Below, piece after piece: positions 9,375 to 18,714 of a DNA stretch of 64,000 nt. Numbering within the stretch: the stretch's first letter is position 1; the number at the start of each line of letters is the position of its first letter. The stretch comes from Bacteriovoracaceae bacterium UBA1511 (GTDB lineage: Bacteria; Bdellovibrionota; Bacteriovoracia; Bacteriovoracales; Bacteriovoracaceae): positions 31,663 to 95,662 of the forward strand of contig DCQT01000033.1 of the NCBI GenBank assembly GCA_002323535.1. The letters are read 5' to 3'. Both the position numbers and the translations under genes were made by a program. The notes under the pieces are model-generated. The model was not told where the DNA came from. It saw only the letters and a program-made list of their open reading frames with translations, and made no database searches.

Positions 9375-11588
9375 GTGTTAAGAATATTCTTTATCCTTCT
9401 TGTTTTTTGCTCTAGGCAGTCAAATGCACAGCTCTCTTGTCGAAAAAGACCAAATGGAGAAGGGGTTAGATTAGATGTGTCCAGGGATAAGGAAATGGCG
9501 CCAAAGGACAAATCTGGAAGCTCAATAGATGGGTCATTAAAAGGAGCGAAAGTAACATCCCAAGGGTTCATTGGTTCTTGTGCTGGGCATAGTACCTCTT
9601 TACTGATTAAGGCGGCACACCCTGATAAGCCGCAGGTCATTCCCGAGTTAATCCAGGCATGTGACCAGTCGAAGTATGGCACCATTGATGGGAATAACCC
9701 AATGGTTTTGATAGGCTGCCTCGCAAAAAACCCATCAAGAAAATATTGTCCACTAAAGGCAGATATTCCACTGGATGAACAAGTTAAAATTAAGTCAATT
9801 CAGGCATCACGCTCAAAGTTCATGAGCTTATCTCTGCCAGACCAGACAAAAGTAGAGGAGGCACTTAAGAAAGTTTATTTTCAGTTGAACACTGGAATGT
9901 CCTCTGAAACGGCCACTTTATTTTGCGCTAAAAATTTTATCTCATACCTTCCTGAAGGGACGACAGACTCTGAAAGTCTGGGGAGAGATCCTTCGATCTT
10001 ATTAAGGCTCAGACATTACAAGAACCTATTCAAGAACGTCAGTGATCATTATTCAAATATAAATGCCAAAGGTTCAAAAACAAGATTTATAAAATATGAC
10101 ACTGTTCCTTCTAACGAGGTCGAGCAAAATCAACAAATTCAAGAGTTGGCCAAAATGCAAGCTGAAATATCTAATAGGCTTGAACACTGTAAGGCATTTT
10201 CTTGCGCTCCTGGAAATATCAGAAATATAGAGAAGAGCTTCTATTCTTTCAAAAAAAGCATAGATGAATTTAAAGAGTTTCAAAATGATAACAAAGTACA
10301 CCGAGGAGGTTTTTTTGGGCCTTCAGAAGAAAAAGTAAAAGCTTTTAAGCAAAAGGTTTCAACAATTAGAAAAAGTCTCGCTGGATTAGAAAATAGTATT
10401 GTTGCCGAGGGAAAAGGGGTACATAAGGTAAGTCTCGATGTTGCTTTGGTAAAAGCAAAGATGGACAAAACAGAAAACCCTGAATCACGAAAAAATTTGC
10501 TGCGGTATAAATCAACATTAGTTCAACTAGCTGCAGTACCAGTGCCGAAAAGAAGGAGTGAGAAAATTAGATTTCGAAGAAGGTTGAAAGCAGCTTTTAA
10601 AACTACTGCGCAAAAGTTTGGTTTAATTGAAGAAGCTGTTGAGGAAGATTACAAAATAGTAAGATCAAAAATTAAAAAAGGATGTTCGATTGATAGTCTT
10701 GAAGAGATGATTGATGTTTTTCCTATCATTTGTAAAAGCGGAGAAAAGGATGAGTTTTTTGAAAAAGTTAGAAGTGTTTTAAGCCCATTATTTGCCTACC
10801 ATCGGCCACATCGATCGTTTGACCCTTCAATAATATTAGATGTGTTCAAAACTAAAAATGTAGACGCATATACAAGTCGCATCACTTGTGAAGATTCGGA
10901 AAAGTTTAAAGTTCCTATTAAGTCTAAGGACTTTGAATACTTAGATCTTGGGGACTTTTCAAAAGTCCCTAAATTTGAAAAAGCTTTGAAGAATGCTCTA
11001 GTGAGGAAAATTTTAAGAGAAAAAAATCCAAAAATTATTAAGTATATTAAGAAAATTTTTGGATCAAATAAGAAGTTAGTGAAGTGCTTGGGGAAAGATA
11101 CCTCTAAAGCTTGCGCCGCCGCGTTTGATAAAATTGACGTTCATGTTTTGAACAGTTACACCTCAGAGTTCTACCCCAAAATTGTAACAAAAATTCATAA
11201 TAAATACGCAAAAGCATTAAATAAAAATAAAAAAAAGGTTCTCAGGGAAAAGTTAATGTCTCTCAATGAAAATAAACCTGCAGTGCTAGGCATATGCTCA
11301 AGTGTTTTGCACAAAGATCACCGTAGGCCGCCTGCGACTGCCGTATCTACAGGTAATGCAAAAGTTGATGAGAAAAATTGTGGAGCTCACGCATTAACAG
11401 TGATTGGTTACAGGTGTAACAAGGGCAAAGTCGAATATTTATTGCAAAATAGTTGGGGTGTTCGTGCATGTAACCAGTATCGAAGATCTCGTGAAATTGA
11501 GTGTCGCAATGATAAAGACCAAGGTAAAATTTGGATTTCAGAGGGCTTACTATCTAAGGGCGTACTCAACTTGACCCAGCATAAGTAA
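9375..11588 (+). CDS. Secreted papain-like (clan CA, C1-type) cysteine peptidase with a very large insertion between the catalytic motifs
   Basis: GTG start and signal peptide. SQGFIGSCAGHS matches papain QGxCGSCWAFS (Gln63, Cys69). CGAHALTVIGY..EYLLQNSWG matches GGHAVxxVGY..KNSWG (His672, Asn692). Confidence 0.7.
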   Translation: MLRIFFILLVFCSRQSNAQLSCRKRPNGEGVRLDVSRDKEMAPKDKSGSSIDGSLKGAKVTSQGFIGSCAGHSTSLLIKAAHPDKPQVIPELIQACDQSKYGTIDGNNPMVLIGCLAKNPSRKYCPLKADIPLDEQVKIKSIQASRSKFMSLSLPDQTKVEEALKKVYFQLNTGMSSETATLFCAKNFISYLPEGTTDSESLGRDPSILLRLRHYKNLFKNVSDHYSNINAKGSKTRFIKYDTVPSNEVEQNQQIQELAKMQAEISNRLEHCKAFSCAPGNIRNIEKSFYSFKKSIDEFKEFQNDNKVHRGGFFGPSEEKVKAFKQKVSTIRKSLAGLENSIVAEGKGVHKVSLDVALVKAKMDKTENPESRKNLLRYKSTLVQLAAVPVPKRRSEKIRFRRRLKAAFKTTAQKFGLIEEAVEEDYKIVRSKIKKGCSIDSLEEMIDVFPIICKSGEKDEFFEKVRSVLSPLFAYHRPHRSFDPSIILDVFKTKNVDAYTSRITCEDSEKFKVPIKSKDFEYLDLGDFSKVPKFEKALKNALVRKILREKNPKIIKYIKKIFGSNKKLVKCLGKDTSKACAAAFDKIDVHVLNSYTSEFYPKIVTKIHNKYAKALNKNKKKVLREKLMSLNENKPAVLGICSSVLHKDHRRPPATAVSTGNAKVDEKNCGAHALTVIGYRCNKGKVEYLLQNSWGVRACNQYRRSREIECRNDKDQGKIWISEGLLSKGVLNLTQHK

Positions 11589-11624
11589 CCAATCTAAAAA
11601 ATCGAGTAAAAAAGATACTAACTA

Positions 11625-11652
11625 TTGAAAATAACGTACATTCAGTTATAAA
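11625..11652 (+). promoter_or_regulatory. Candidate sigma70-type promoter of the polyamine operon
   Basis: TTGAAA (11625-11630), 16-nt spacer, TATAAA (11647-11652), 30 nt upstream of the ATG at 11682. Confidence 0.35.
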
Positions 11653-11681
11653 TTATTCTTGCAACTTTATGGTGAGATATT

Positions 11682-12620
11682 ATGGTTTTTGAGGGATCAG
11701 AAAAAAAAATCGAAGTAATTGTTAGTCCAGGCGTTGGTGACTTAAGGAAAATGGGAAAGTCTTTTTGGGCAAGAATAGTTTCCAAATGTGACGCTGAAAT
11801 TATATCCGAAATTAAAAACAACCAAGTACATGCCTACCTTCTTTCAGAGTCCAGTTTGTTTGTATGGGAATATTCATTTCTAATGATTACGTGTGGCCGA
11901 ACATCGTTAATAAATTCTCTTATTGAGGTATGTCTGGAGTTTGGAAAAGAAAATATTGAAGACGTGATTTTTCAGCGAAAAAATGAGTATTTTTCTCACA
12001 TGCAAAAAAGTGCGTTTTATGACGACGTAAAAAAAATTGATTCTTTAAAGCCATCAAAAGCTTGGCGACTAGGAAATATTGATGGGCACCATAACTTTGT
12101 TTTTAATTATTCAAAAAACGGAAAGTGGGACGCTGGAGATAAAACATTTGAGCTTCTTATGTACAACTTACCAACTCAGGTAGGGGAGCTTTTAAGAAAG
12201 CAAGGAGTCAGCGCTAAAAGTGTTAGGGATTATTTAGGAGTTGAATCTCTTTTTCAAAACTTTACGATTGATGACTGGGTATTTGACCCATACGGATATT
12301 CTTTAAATGCGATTAGAGACGATTATTACTACACCATTCACCTCTCTCCTGAGGAAAATGGATCATATGTTTCATTGGAGACGAATGATTCAACGCTTGA
12401 GGGGCAAAATATAATCTCTCATTTCTGTGAAAGGCTTAGGCCAAAGAGTTTTGATGTGATTAGTTTTAATTGGCATGAAAGTTATGATTCTGAAATTTAT
12501 CAGCTCGTTGACTCTTGTGAGCAATCTTTGGAAAATGGTTTGGCGGTTAAATTTTGTCAGTATGTTGATACCAAAAACATAAAAAGCTCCAATGGGTATT
12601 TATTATTCGAGCACAAATAA
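11682..12620 (+). CDS. S-adenosylmethionine decarboxylase proenzyme, eukaryote-type (class 2)
   Basis: FEGSEKKIEV, AYLLSESSLFV (pyruvoyl self-cleavage site, human YVLSESSMFV), TCGRT, FDPYGYSLN, and YTIHLSPEENGSYVSLETN (human TIHITPEPEFSYVSFETN). Confidence 0.9.
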   Translation: MVFEGSEKKIEVIVSPGVGDLRKMGKSFWARIVSKCDAEIISEIKNNQVHAYLLSESSLFVWEYSFLMITCGRTSLINSLIEVCLEFGKENIEDVIFQRKNEYFSHMQKSAFYDDVKKIDSLKPSKAWRLGNIDGHHNFVFNYSKNGKWDAGDKTFELLMYNLPTQVGELLRKQGVSAKSVRDYLGVESLFQNFTIDDWVFDPYGYSLNAIRDDYYYTIHLSPEENGSYVSLETNDSTLEGQNIISHFCERLRPKSFDVISFNWHESYDSEIYQLVDSCEQSLENGLAVKFCQYVDTKNIKSSNGYLLFEHK

Positions 12621-12629
12621 AGGATTTTT

Positions 12630-13484
12630 ATGCATTCAAAACTTTGGATTGAAGAAAAACATGAGAATTTTTCACTAGGTTTTAAAGTTAATAAAGTTTT
12701 ATTTTCTGGAAAAAGTGATTTTCAAACAGTTGATGTGGTTGAAACAGAGCAGCTGGGAAACATGCTTTTGAATGATGGCCTTATTATGTGCACGGAAAAA
12801 GATGAGTTTGTGTATCATGATATGATCGCGCACGTGCCGTTATTTGTTCACCCTACCCCTAAAAAGGTTTTAGTCATCGGGGGTGGTGATGGCGGAACGG
12901 CTCGAGAGGTTTTAAGGCATCCAAATGTAGAAAAATGCGTGATGGTTGAAATTGATAAAATGGTTGTTGATGCTTCAATTGCGCATTTGCCGATAACGTC
13001 TTGTGTCTTTGATAATCCAAAACTTGAACTTCACATTGATGATGGCCTGAAATTTGTTAAAGAAACAAAAGAAAAATTTGATGTAGTTTTAGTTGACTCG
13101 ACTGATCCTATTGGCCCGGCGCAGCCTCTATTTGGAGAAGAATTTTATCAAGATATATATAATTGCCTAAATGACGATGGAATTGTTGTGTCTCAAGGAG
13201 AGTCACCATTTTATGAAGTACCGATGCAAAAAAAGTTAATGGGTATTATTAATAAAATATTTCCCATCTCAACCATCTATAATTTTTCAAACCTAACTTA
13301 TCCTGGAGGGCTTTGGTCATTTACATTTGGTTCAAAAAAGCATCATCCGATTAACGACTTCAAGTCAGAGCGGGTTAGCTCTTTTGATGGAGAGTTTAAG
13401 TATTATAACCAGCGAATTCACCCAGGGGCTTTTGCTATACCAAGCTTTATGGCAAAAGAGCTTGAGGGATTAATTAAGGATTAA
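12630..13484 (+). CDS. speE: Spermidine synthase
   Basis: FQTVDVVET, VLVIGGGDGGTAREVLRH and VDSTDPIGPAQPLF. Confidence 0.95.
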   Translation: MHSKLWIEEKHENFSLGFKVNKVLFSGKSDFQTVDVVETEQLGNMLLNDGLIMCTEKDEFVYHDMIAHVPLFVHPTPKKVLVIGGGDGGTAREVLRHPNVEKCVMVEIDKMVVDASIAHLPITSCVFDNPKLELHIDDGLKFVKETKEKFDVVLVDSTDPIGPAQPLFGEEFYQDIYNCLNDDGIVVSQGESPFYEVPMQKKLMGIINKIFPISTIYNFSNLTYPGGLWSFTFGSKKHHPINDFKSERVSSFDGEFKYYNQRIHPGAFAIPSFMAKELEGLIKD

Positions 13485-13487
13485 AAA

Positions 13488-13940
13488 ATGCGTTATTGGT
13501 TAATGAAAACCGAGCCAGATGTCTTTTCGATTGATGATTTGAAATCACAAAAAACGACTCCTTGGGAAGGTGTGCGAAACTACCAAGCGAGAAATTTCAT
13601 GCGTGATGAAATGAAAAAGGGCGACTTGGTTTTAATTTATCATTCAAATGCAAAACCTCCAGGGGTCGCAGGCGTTGGTGTTGTCTCAAAAGAAGCGTTT
13701 CCAGATCATTTTGCCTGGGATAAAAAAAGTAAATACTACGATCCAAAGTCTCCTAAAGAAAATCCACGATGGATGATGGTAGAAATTAGATTTAAAAAGA
13801 AATTTAAAGAGATTCTATCTCTGGCAGAACTTAAAGAGACAAAGGGACTGGAGGATATGCTTATTTTAAGAAAGGGAAATCGTCTTAGTATTACGCCCGT
13901 TGAGAAGAAGCATTACGAACAAATAATAGGAATGAGATAA
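13488..13940 (+). CDS. EVE (PUA-like) domain protein
   Basis: MRYWLMKTEPDVFSIDDL..WEGVRNYQARNFMRDEMKKGDLVLIYHSN..PGVAGVGVV. Confidence 0.85.
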   Translation: MRYWLMKTEPDVFSIDDLKSQKTTPWEGVRNYQARNFMRDEMKKGDLVLIYHSNAKPPGVAGVGVVSKEAFPDHFAWDKKSKYYDPKSPKENPRWMMVEIRFKKKFKEILSLAELKETKGLEDMLILRKGNRLSITPVEKKHYEQIIGMR

Positions 13941-14485
13941 TGGATCAAAAAAAACTGGAAATGATAAAAGATTCAATAAGAACAATCCCAAATTTTCCAA
14001 AACAAGGAATTTTATTTCGTGATATTACAACTGCACTTCAGAGCCCTGAGTCATATAAGGCGATTATCTCTTTGTTTGAGGAAAAGTTAAAAAAAATAGA
14101 GTTTGATGCTATCGCTGGTATTGAGTCTCGTGGATTTGTCTTCGCCTCGGTGCTTAGTTATTTATTTAATAAGAAATTGATTCTTATTAGAAAAAAAGGA
14201 AAGCTTCCTTGTGAGGTAATAAGGCAAGAGTATCAATTAGAGTACGGGACAGACGAGCTTGAAATCGACCCTACTGCAATAAATGAAAACGAAAAGGTCA
14301 TACTTGTGGATGACCTTCTTGCGACAGCGGGAACAATTTTAGCTGCTCAAAAGTTAGTTCATCGTTGCGGGGGGCAAACTCCCCTCGGGCTTTTTGTTAT
14401 TGATCTTCCTGAGCTCGGAGGAGCGAAAAAATTAGAGGAAAATAAACTTCCTTTCATTTCTCTCATAAATTTCGAAGGCCATTAA
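13940..14485 (+). CDS. apt: Adenine phosphoribosyltransferase
   Basis: FPKQGILFRDIT, GIESRGF and the PRPP loop VILVDDLLATAGT. The start overlaps the EVE stop (TAATG). Confidence 0.95.
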   Translation: MDQKKLEMIKDSIRTIPNFPKQGILFRDITTALQSPESYKAIISLFEEKLKKIEFDAIAGIESRGFVFASVLSYLFNKKLILIRKKGKLPCEVIRQEYQLEYGTDELEIDPTAINENEKVILVDDLLATAGTILAAQKLVHRCGGQTPLGLFVIDLPELGGAKKLEENKLPFISLINFEGH

Positions 14486-14486
14486 T

Positions 14487-15995
14487 TTATTCTGCTTCTA
14501 GCTCTGGCTTTTTAAGGCACAAGTAATTAAAAAATGGAAATACCTCATCTTCTGTATCTGTATAGCTAGAAGCTTCTAAGTCCTCTCGGGTGAACTTAAA
14601 TATGCTTACTTGATTGTCCTGTGAGTATTGTGGTTTGTAGCAGACAAATTCATTTTCTTTTAGCAGTCTGACAAAACCATTAGGACTAAATACTCTTGTA
14701 CTGGTGTATATATTACCGCCAGAATCCATTAAGCTTCGCTCCTCATCTTGTTCGTTCTCAGATAAAGCCTCTTCATGGTCCATGTCCAGGTCATCCAATA
14801 AGTCGTCTCCTATACTAGCAGCCTCACCTAGGCCCTCTGGTAATGTGGAATTTACTTGGGGGACAGAGCTTTCAGATTGTGCTTGGTTTTGGCCGGTTCC
14901 TACTGGTGGTAAATTCATGCCAGGCATACTTGAAGCGGTTATGTCAGAGGCATTTAGAGTGGGTATATTAAATAATCTTTCTTTCTCGGCTTTTTCTTCT
15001 AAAGTTAATGCCTTTCCCTTTTGAGCTTTATGCTTGTCAGAGTTTTTATTTAGTGTTTTTGCCTTTGTGGCTTCTTTAGACTTTTCCTGTTCCGGTGATT
15101 CAGTGCTTAATTGCTCTTGAGGAGAAGTTTGTTCACTCGTATCAATCATCCCACATTCTTCTGGACTTCCTATAAATGGTGAGCTGGACCTATAATTTAG
15201 GACAACAAAATGATGAAAACTTATATTAATCAATGGATCTCTGGACGCCAGTGAGTACTTAGGTGCAAGTGTTGTTTCCTCTATAACACATACGCATTGG
15301 TTTCTTTTTTCTTCGCAAAGTCTCTCTTTCTCAACTCTTTCCTTGAGCTTTCCATCTTTTACGATGTGTGTAGTTTGTCCCTGAATCCGCATATCCTGGA
15401 AATAGGGGATTAGCTTTTTGAGGATGTCCTTATCTTTTACTCTTTGCTTATTAAGGTTATAGACTTCTCCTGTTTTCTCATTGAGTTTATAATTCGCTAG
15501 TTTCATTTCTTTAAACGGTTTATTCGCTTTAGAAATAGTATCTTGAAATGCGCAAACAAGTTGATTGTAAACATTGTTAATATTGTTTTGTTTAAAAAAT
15601 TTTCTTAATTGCTTACCAAGTTCGTTTTCAAGTTTCTTCTTAATAATTTTATTAGTTTTTCTAACAAGATAATTTTGATCTTTTGAGATACACCACCTTG
15701 AATAAATATGTGGCAAAGTAATTCTGATTCCTTGGGCATCCTCATCAATTTGTATTTTTTTACTAACCTTAGAGACATGTAGAGTGAGAGTCTTATTCTC
15801 TTTTTCTAAGGCCAATTCGATTAAATGAGTGGGTGAGTTTTTTGTTTTAAGCTTTCTGATAGTTTTTGTTAGGCAACCTGTAATTTGTTTGTCCTTTGAA
15901 ATCCCTTTGTCCAGTAAGAGCTTATGTGCATATGAATTTGAGCAAGTAAAAGTTATTAAACTCGCCAAAATAGCATGCTTAAAATAGCGCTTCAT
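14487..15995 (-). CDS. Secreted protein of unknown function with an acidic Ser/Glu/Asp/Gln-rich low-complexity region
   Basis: Signal peptide MKRYFKHAILASLITFTCSNSYA. GGGAGG lies just upstream of ATG 15995, which I prefer over 16007. No recognisable domain. Confidence 0.6.
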   Translation of the reverse strand: MKRYFKHAILASLITFTCSNSYAHKLLLDKGISKDKQITGCLTKTIRKLKTKNSPTHLIELALEKENKTLTLHVSKVSKKIQIDEDAQGIRITLPHIYSRWCISKDQNYLVRKTNKIIKKKLENELGKQLRKFFKQNNINNVYNQLVCAFQDTISKANKPFKEMKLANYKLNEKTGEVYNLNKQRVKDKDILKKLIPYFQDMRIQGQTTHIVKDGKLKERVEKERLCEEKRNQCVCVIEETTLAPKYSLASRDPLINISFHHFVVLNYRSSSPFIGSPEECGMIDTSEQTSPQEQLSTESPEQEKSKEATKAKTLNKNSDKHKAQKGKALTLEEKAEKERLFNIPTLNASDITASSMPGMNLPPVGTGQNQAQSESSVPQVNSTLPEGLGEAASIGDDLLDDLDMDHEEALSENEQDEERSLMDSGGNIYTSTRVFSPNGFVRLLKENEFVCYKPQYSQDNQVSIFKFTREDLEASSYTDTEDEVFPFFNYLCLKKPELEAE

Positions 15996-16172
15996 TTCTC
16001 CTCCCATTGAAGATATGAATCTAGCAGCAAGTTTTAGGCCAGTGTCAGAAACATATTTTATTGTTTTAAATGTTTATGACTGACTAATATTTCTACAATG
16101 ACTTTGAACCAAGTTGGCCTTTTAAGGTCTTTGTTCACTTGATTTTCTATTTTAATATCCCGATTTAAGGCG

Positions 16173-18650
16173 ATGAGGAATTTTAGGTACCCGTTGATTA
16201 TTTTAGCTATCCTGTCCATTATCGCCTTTGCATATTTCAATGCGAGTGTTCGAACTTCTGATGGGCGAAATGTTAGGGCCGATAGCTTTGAGCTGCCCTC
16301 GTTGAATAGTTTTTTTAGTGTAGTAGATCAAGGGAAATTAAGGAATGAGTTTGATGAGGTCCTTGCTGGAAAGGCAGTAAGGAGTGGTGACATATACAAA
16401 CGTTCAAAAATTTTTCAGTGGAAACAGGGAGTAAGTTTTTCCCCAGATCAGTCCTATCGATTTTTGAGATTTAAATTATTTGATGATGTGGATTTAGTTT
16501 TGTCTGGAGATTCGCTTGAAAAGTTAGGAGAAAATAGATTCTTTTATTCTGCAGAGATTAATGGTGGAGAAGGAAGGTTAAGATTATCCTATTTCAACGG
16601 TCACGCTATTGGAAGCATTGATCATTTGGGGAAGTTTTATGAAATTAAAATGTACGGAGATGGTAATTTATATGTAACAGAGGTTGAAAGAGAACCGTTT
16701 GAGTGTGATGAGAGCTCTAATGATAATCATCAACAAACGGAAGAGGCACCTCTAGAAAAAAGTGTAAATGAAAGTAGATTGAGTCCCAACAGAAAAAACA
16801 GTGGGCGAGTTTCGCGAAGCATAAGTAGAAGAGAAAACAAAAAGTCTGCAGGAAATATTCAACCTGTAGTAACGGCCAACAATTTAGTTATGGTGCCCTC
16901 GACGATAAGCTCATCCTCTACATTGTTAAATAGCAGTGGTTCTAAAAAGCTCATTGCAAATCTCAACGAGGATTTTAAGGGGGAGACTCTTGTCAGTCTT
17001 TTTGAGGAGGTTCCATCTTCGATACCTAATAATTTATACAATTTTTCTGATCAAGGGGAAAACAAACTAAGAATTTTAATTTTATACACAGAAGAGGCTA
17101 AAGAAGAGTTAATCTTGGATGCTCCCTCCTCTTCTCTTAACGAAACTAATACTGGTATTGAGATACAAAATAAATTAAATAACCACTCACTATCTCTCGT
17201 TAATAGTGCAAATGATACATTAATTAATAGTGGAGTTAGTATAAGACTTGAGTTAGTTGAAGTTGAATCCTTTCCGGCAATAGCTCAAGGATATATCTTA
17301 GGTTCTGATGGCCTAAAAGGTTTGACTGAAGAGCTAGAAGAGGAGGGGTCTTACTATAATTCTTTAATGGAAAAACTAAAGTGTGATAGACCTGGGTGCT
17401 ATTTTGATAATAAATATGGGGTTGTGATTAATGATGATCCGAATGATGGTGAGAAAGCAAAGATAAACTTTGGGCTGTACTGGTGGCCTACTCGGGCGAA
17501 CTATTACTTAGAAAAATCTATGAGTGTTGGCAACAATCAATCACTAAGTGTTCAGTTTGGCTCAGAAATTCGAGATCTTAGAGAAGAAACCAAAGCCGAC
17601 GTGGTGGTTTTGATAACGGGTGATTTTGATTATTATCCTGCTAATTTACAAACAGATGGAGCTGGTAATTATATTTCTTGTGACCCCTCTAATCACACTT
17701 GCGATAAGCTTTGTTTACGTTCTGGTGTCGAGGGAGGTTGGTATTATGATAATGATGAAGAAGTAAAGTTTGTTGAGCCTGGCCAGGGGATGTGCCATTC
17801 TGGTCGATCAAGGATGAACGGACGAGCACTTGGAGTGAGTACAGGTAAAGAAAAAGATGTGAGGACATCAGTTTTTTCCATGGAGTTTAGTTCTGGTGAA
17901 CAAACATTTATTCATGAGCTCGGGCACGTGCTAGGTTTATCTCACAACATTGAAGCAGAGTGTGAATACAATCTTGAGAGCTGTAATAAAAACGATGCGG
18001 CATATCGTGGTGAGGTTAACACGAATGTCATGACGGCAACTATTATGTCTTACGCTAATACTTGTAGACGTATGGGCCTCAGTGATGAAAAGTGTGAGTG
18101 GATTAAAATCTTTTCCAACCCATTTTACATGCATAAAGGGAGCCCGATGGGTGGTAATCTAGGGACAGAGAACCCTAGTTTTACTGCTTGCGCTCTGGAA
18201 ATGATGAAAGGTCATTTCACTAATTTTTATGAGTATTGGTCAGGAGAAAAGGAATTTGTTGAAATCCAAAGGACAACTGTTTGTGATGATGAACACTCTG
18301 AGGTCATTCAGGCTAACATGACAAATCTTTGTAATGGAGAAACGATCAGTGGCTCAGACATGCTAGAAAATAATATCAACAAGCTAATGTCCTTTGATGG
18401 ATGCACAATTATTGAAGGGGATTTAATTATTGAGGGGCAGGTTGCTAGTGCTTTTAGCTCTTTAAATAATTTAGGTTTAAACCCATTCAGGGAGCTGAAA
18501 TCAATTAGTGGAAAATTATCTATTATTGATACAAACCTTAATGGCCTTAATTATTTTGAAAACTTAGAAGAGACTGGGAGCGTCGAAATTGAAGGGAATG
18601 ATCAGTTAAATGTTCCTACTGAAGTGGATTCTTTAATTCACTTTCCCTAG
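16173..18650 (+). CDS. Secreted metzincin zinc metalloprotease with a C-terminal Receptor-L-domain/LRR-like module
   Basis: Signal anchor. FIHELGHVLGLSH is HExxHxxGxxH (17913-17945), with ATIMSYA as a candidate Met-turn. The last ~110 aa read CTIIEGDLIIEG..LKSISGKLSIIDTNLNGLNYFENLEETGSVEIEGNDQL. Confidence 0.8.
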   Translation: MRNFRYPLIILAILSIIAFAYFNASVRTSDGRNVRADSFELPSLNSFFSVVDQGKLRNEFDEVLAGKAVRSGDIYKRSKIFQWKQGVSFSPDQSYRFLRFKLFDDVDLVLSGDSLEKLGENRFFYSAEINGGEGRLRLSYFNGHAIGSIDHLGKFYEIKMYGDGNLYVTEVEREPFECDESSNDNHQQTEEAPLEKSVNESRLSPNRKNSGRVSRSISRRENKKSAGNIQPVVTANNLVMVPSTISSSSTLLNSSGSKKLIANLNEDFKGETLVSLFEEVPSSIPNNLYNFSDQGENKLRILILYTEEAKEELILDAPSSSLNETNTGIEIQNKLNNHSLSLVNSANDTLINSGVSIRLELVEVESFPAIAQGYILGSDGLKGLTEELEEEGSYYNSLMEKLKCDRPGCYFDNKYGVVINDDPNDGEKAKINFGLYWWPTRANYYLEKSMSVGNNQSLSVQFGSEIRDLREETKADVVVLITGDFDYYPANLQTDGAGNYISCDPSNHTCDKLCLRSGVEGGWYYDNDEEVKFVEPGQGMCHSGRSRMNGRALGVSTGKEKDVRTSVFSMEFSSGEQTFIHELGHVLGLSHNIEAECEYNLESCNKNDAAYRGEVNTNVMTATIMSYANTCRRMGLSDEKCEWIKIFSNPFYMHKGSPMGGNLGTENPSFTACALEMMKGHFTNFYEYWSGEKEFVEIQRTTVCDDEHSEVIQANMTNLCNGETISGSDMLENNINKLMSFDGCTIIEGDLIIEGQVASAFSSLNNLGLNPFRELKSISGKLSIIDTNLNGLNYFENLEETGSVEIEGNDQLNVPTEVDSLIHFP

Positions 18651-18714
18651 GCTCAATAGGTAGAAATTTGAGATTTGGATTCGGTGTTTGCAGTAAATGT
18701 CAGCGCATTTCGGT

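Noticed and set aside
9789-9809. Shared IK(S/A)IQAS heptapeptide between the insert of the C1-like peptidase and the 1774-aa protein, as evidence of paralogy
   Set aside because: A single 7-residue match in two large Lys-rich proteins is within chance expectation, and I found no extended alignment by eye.
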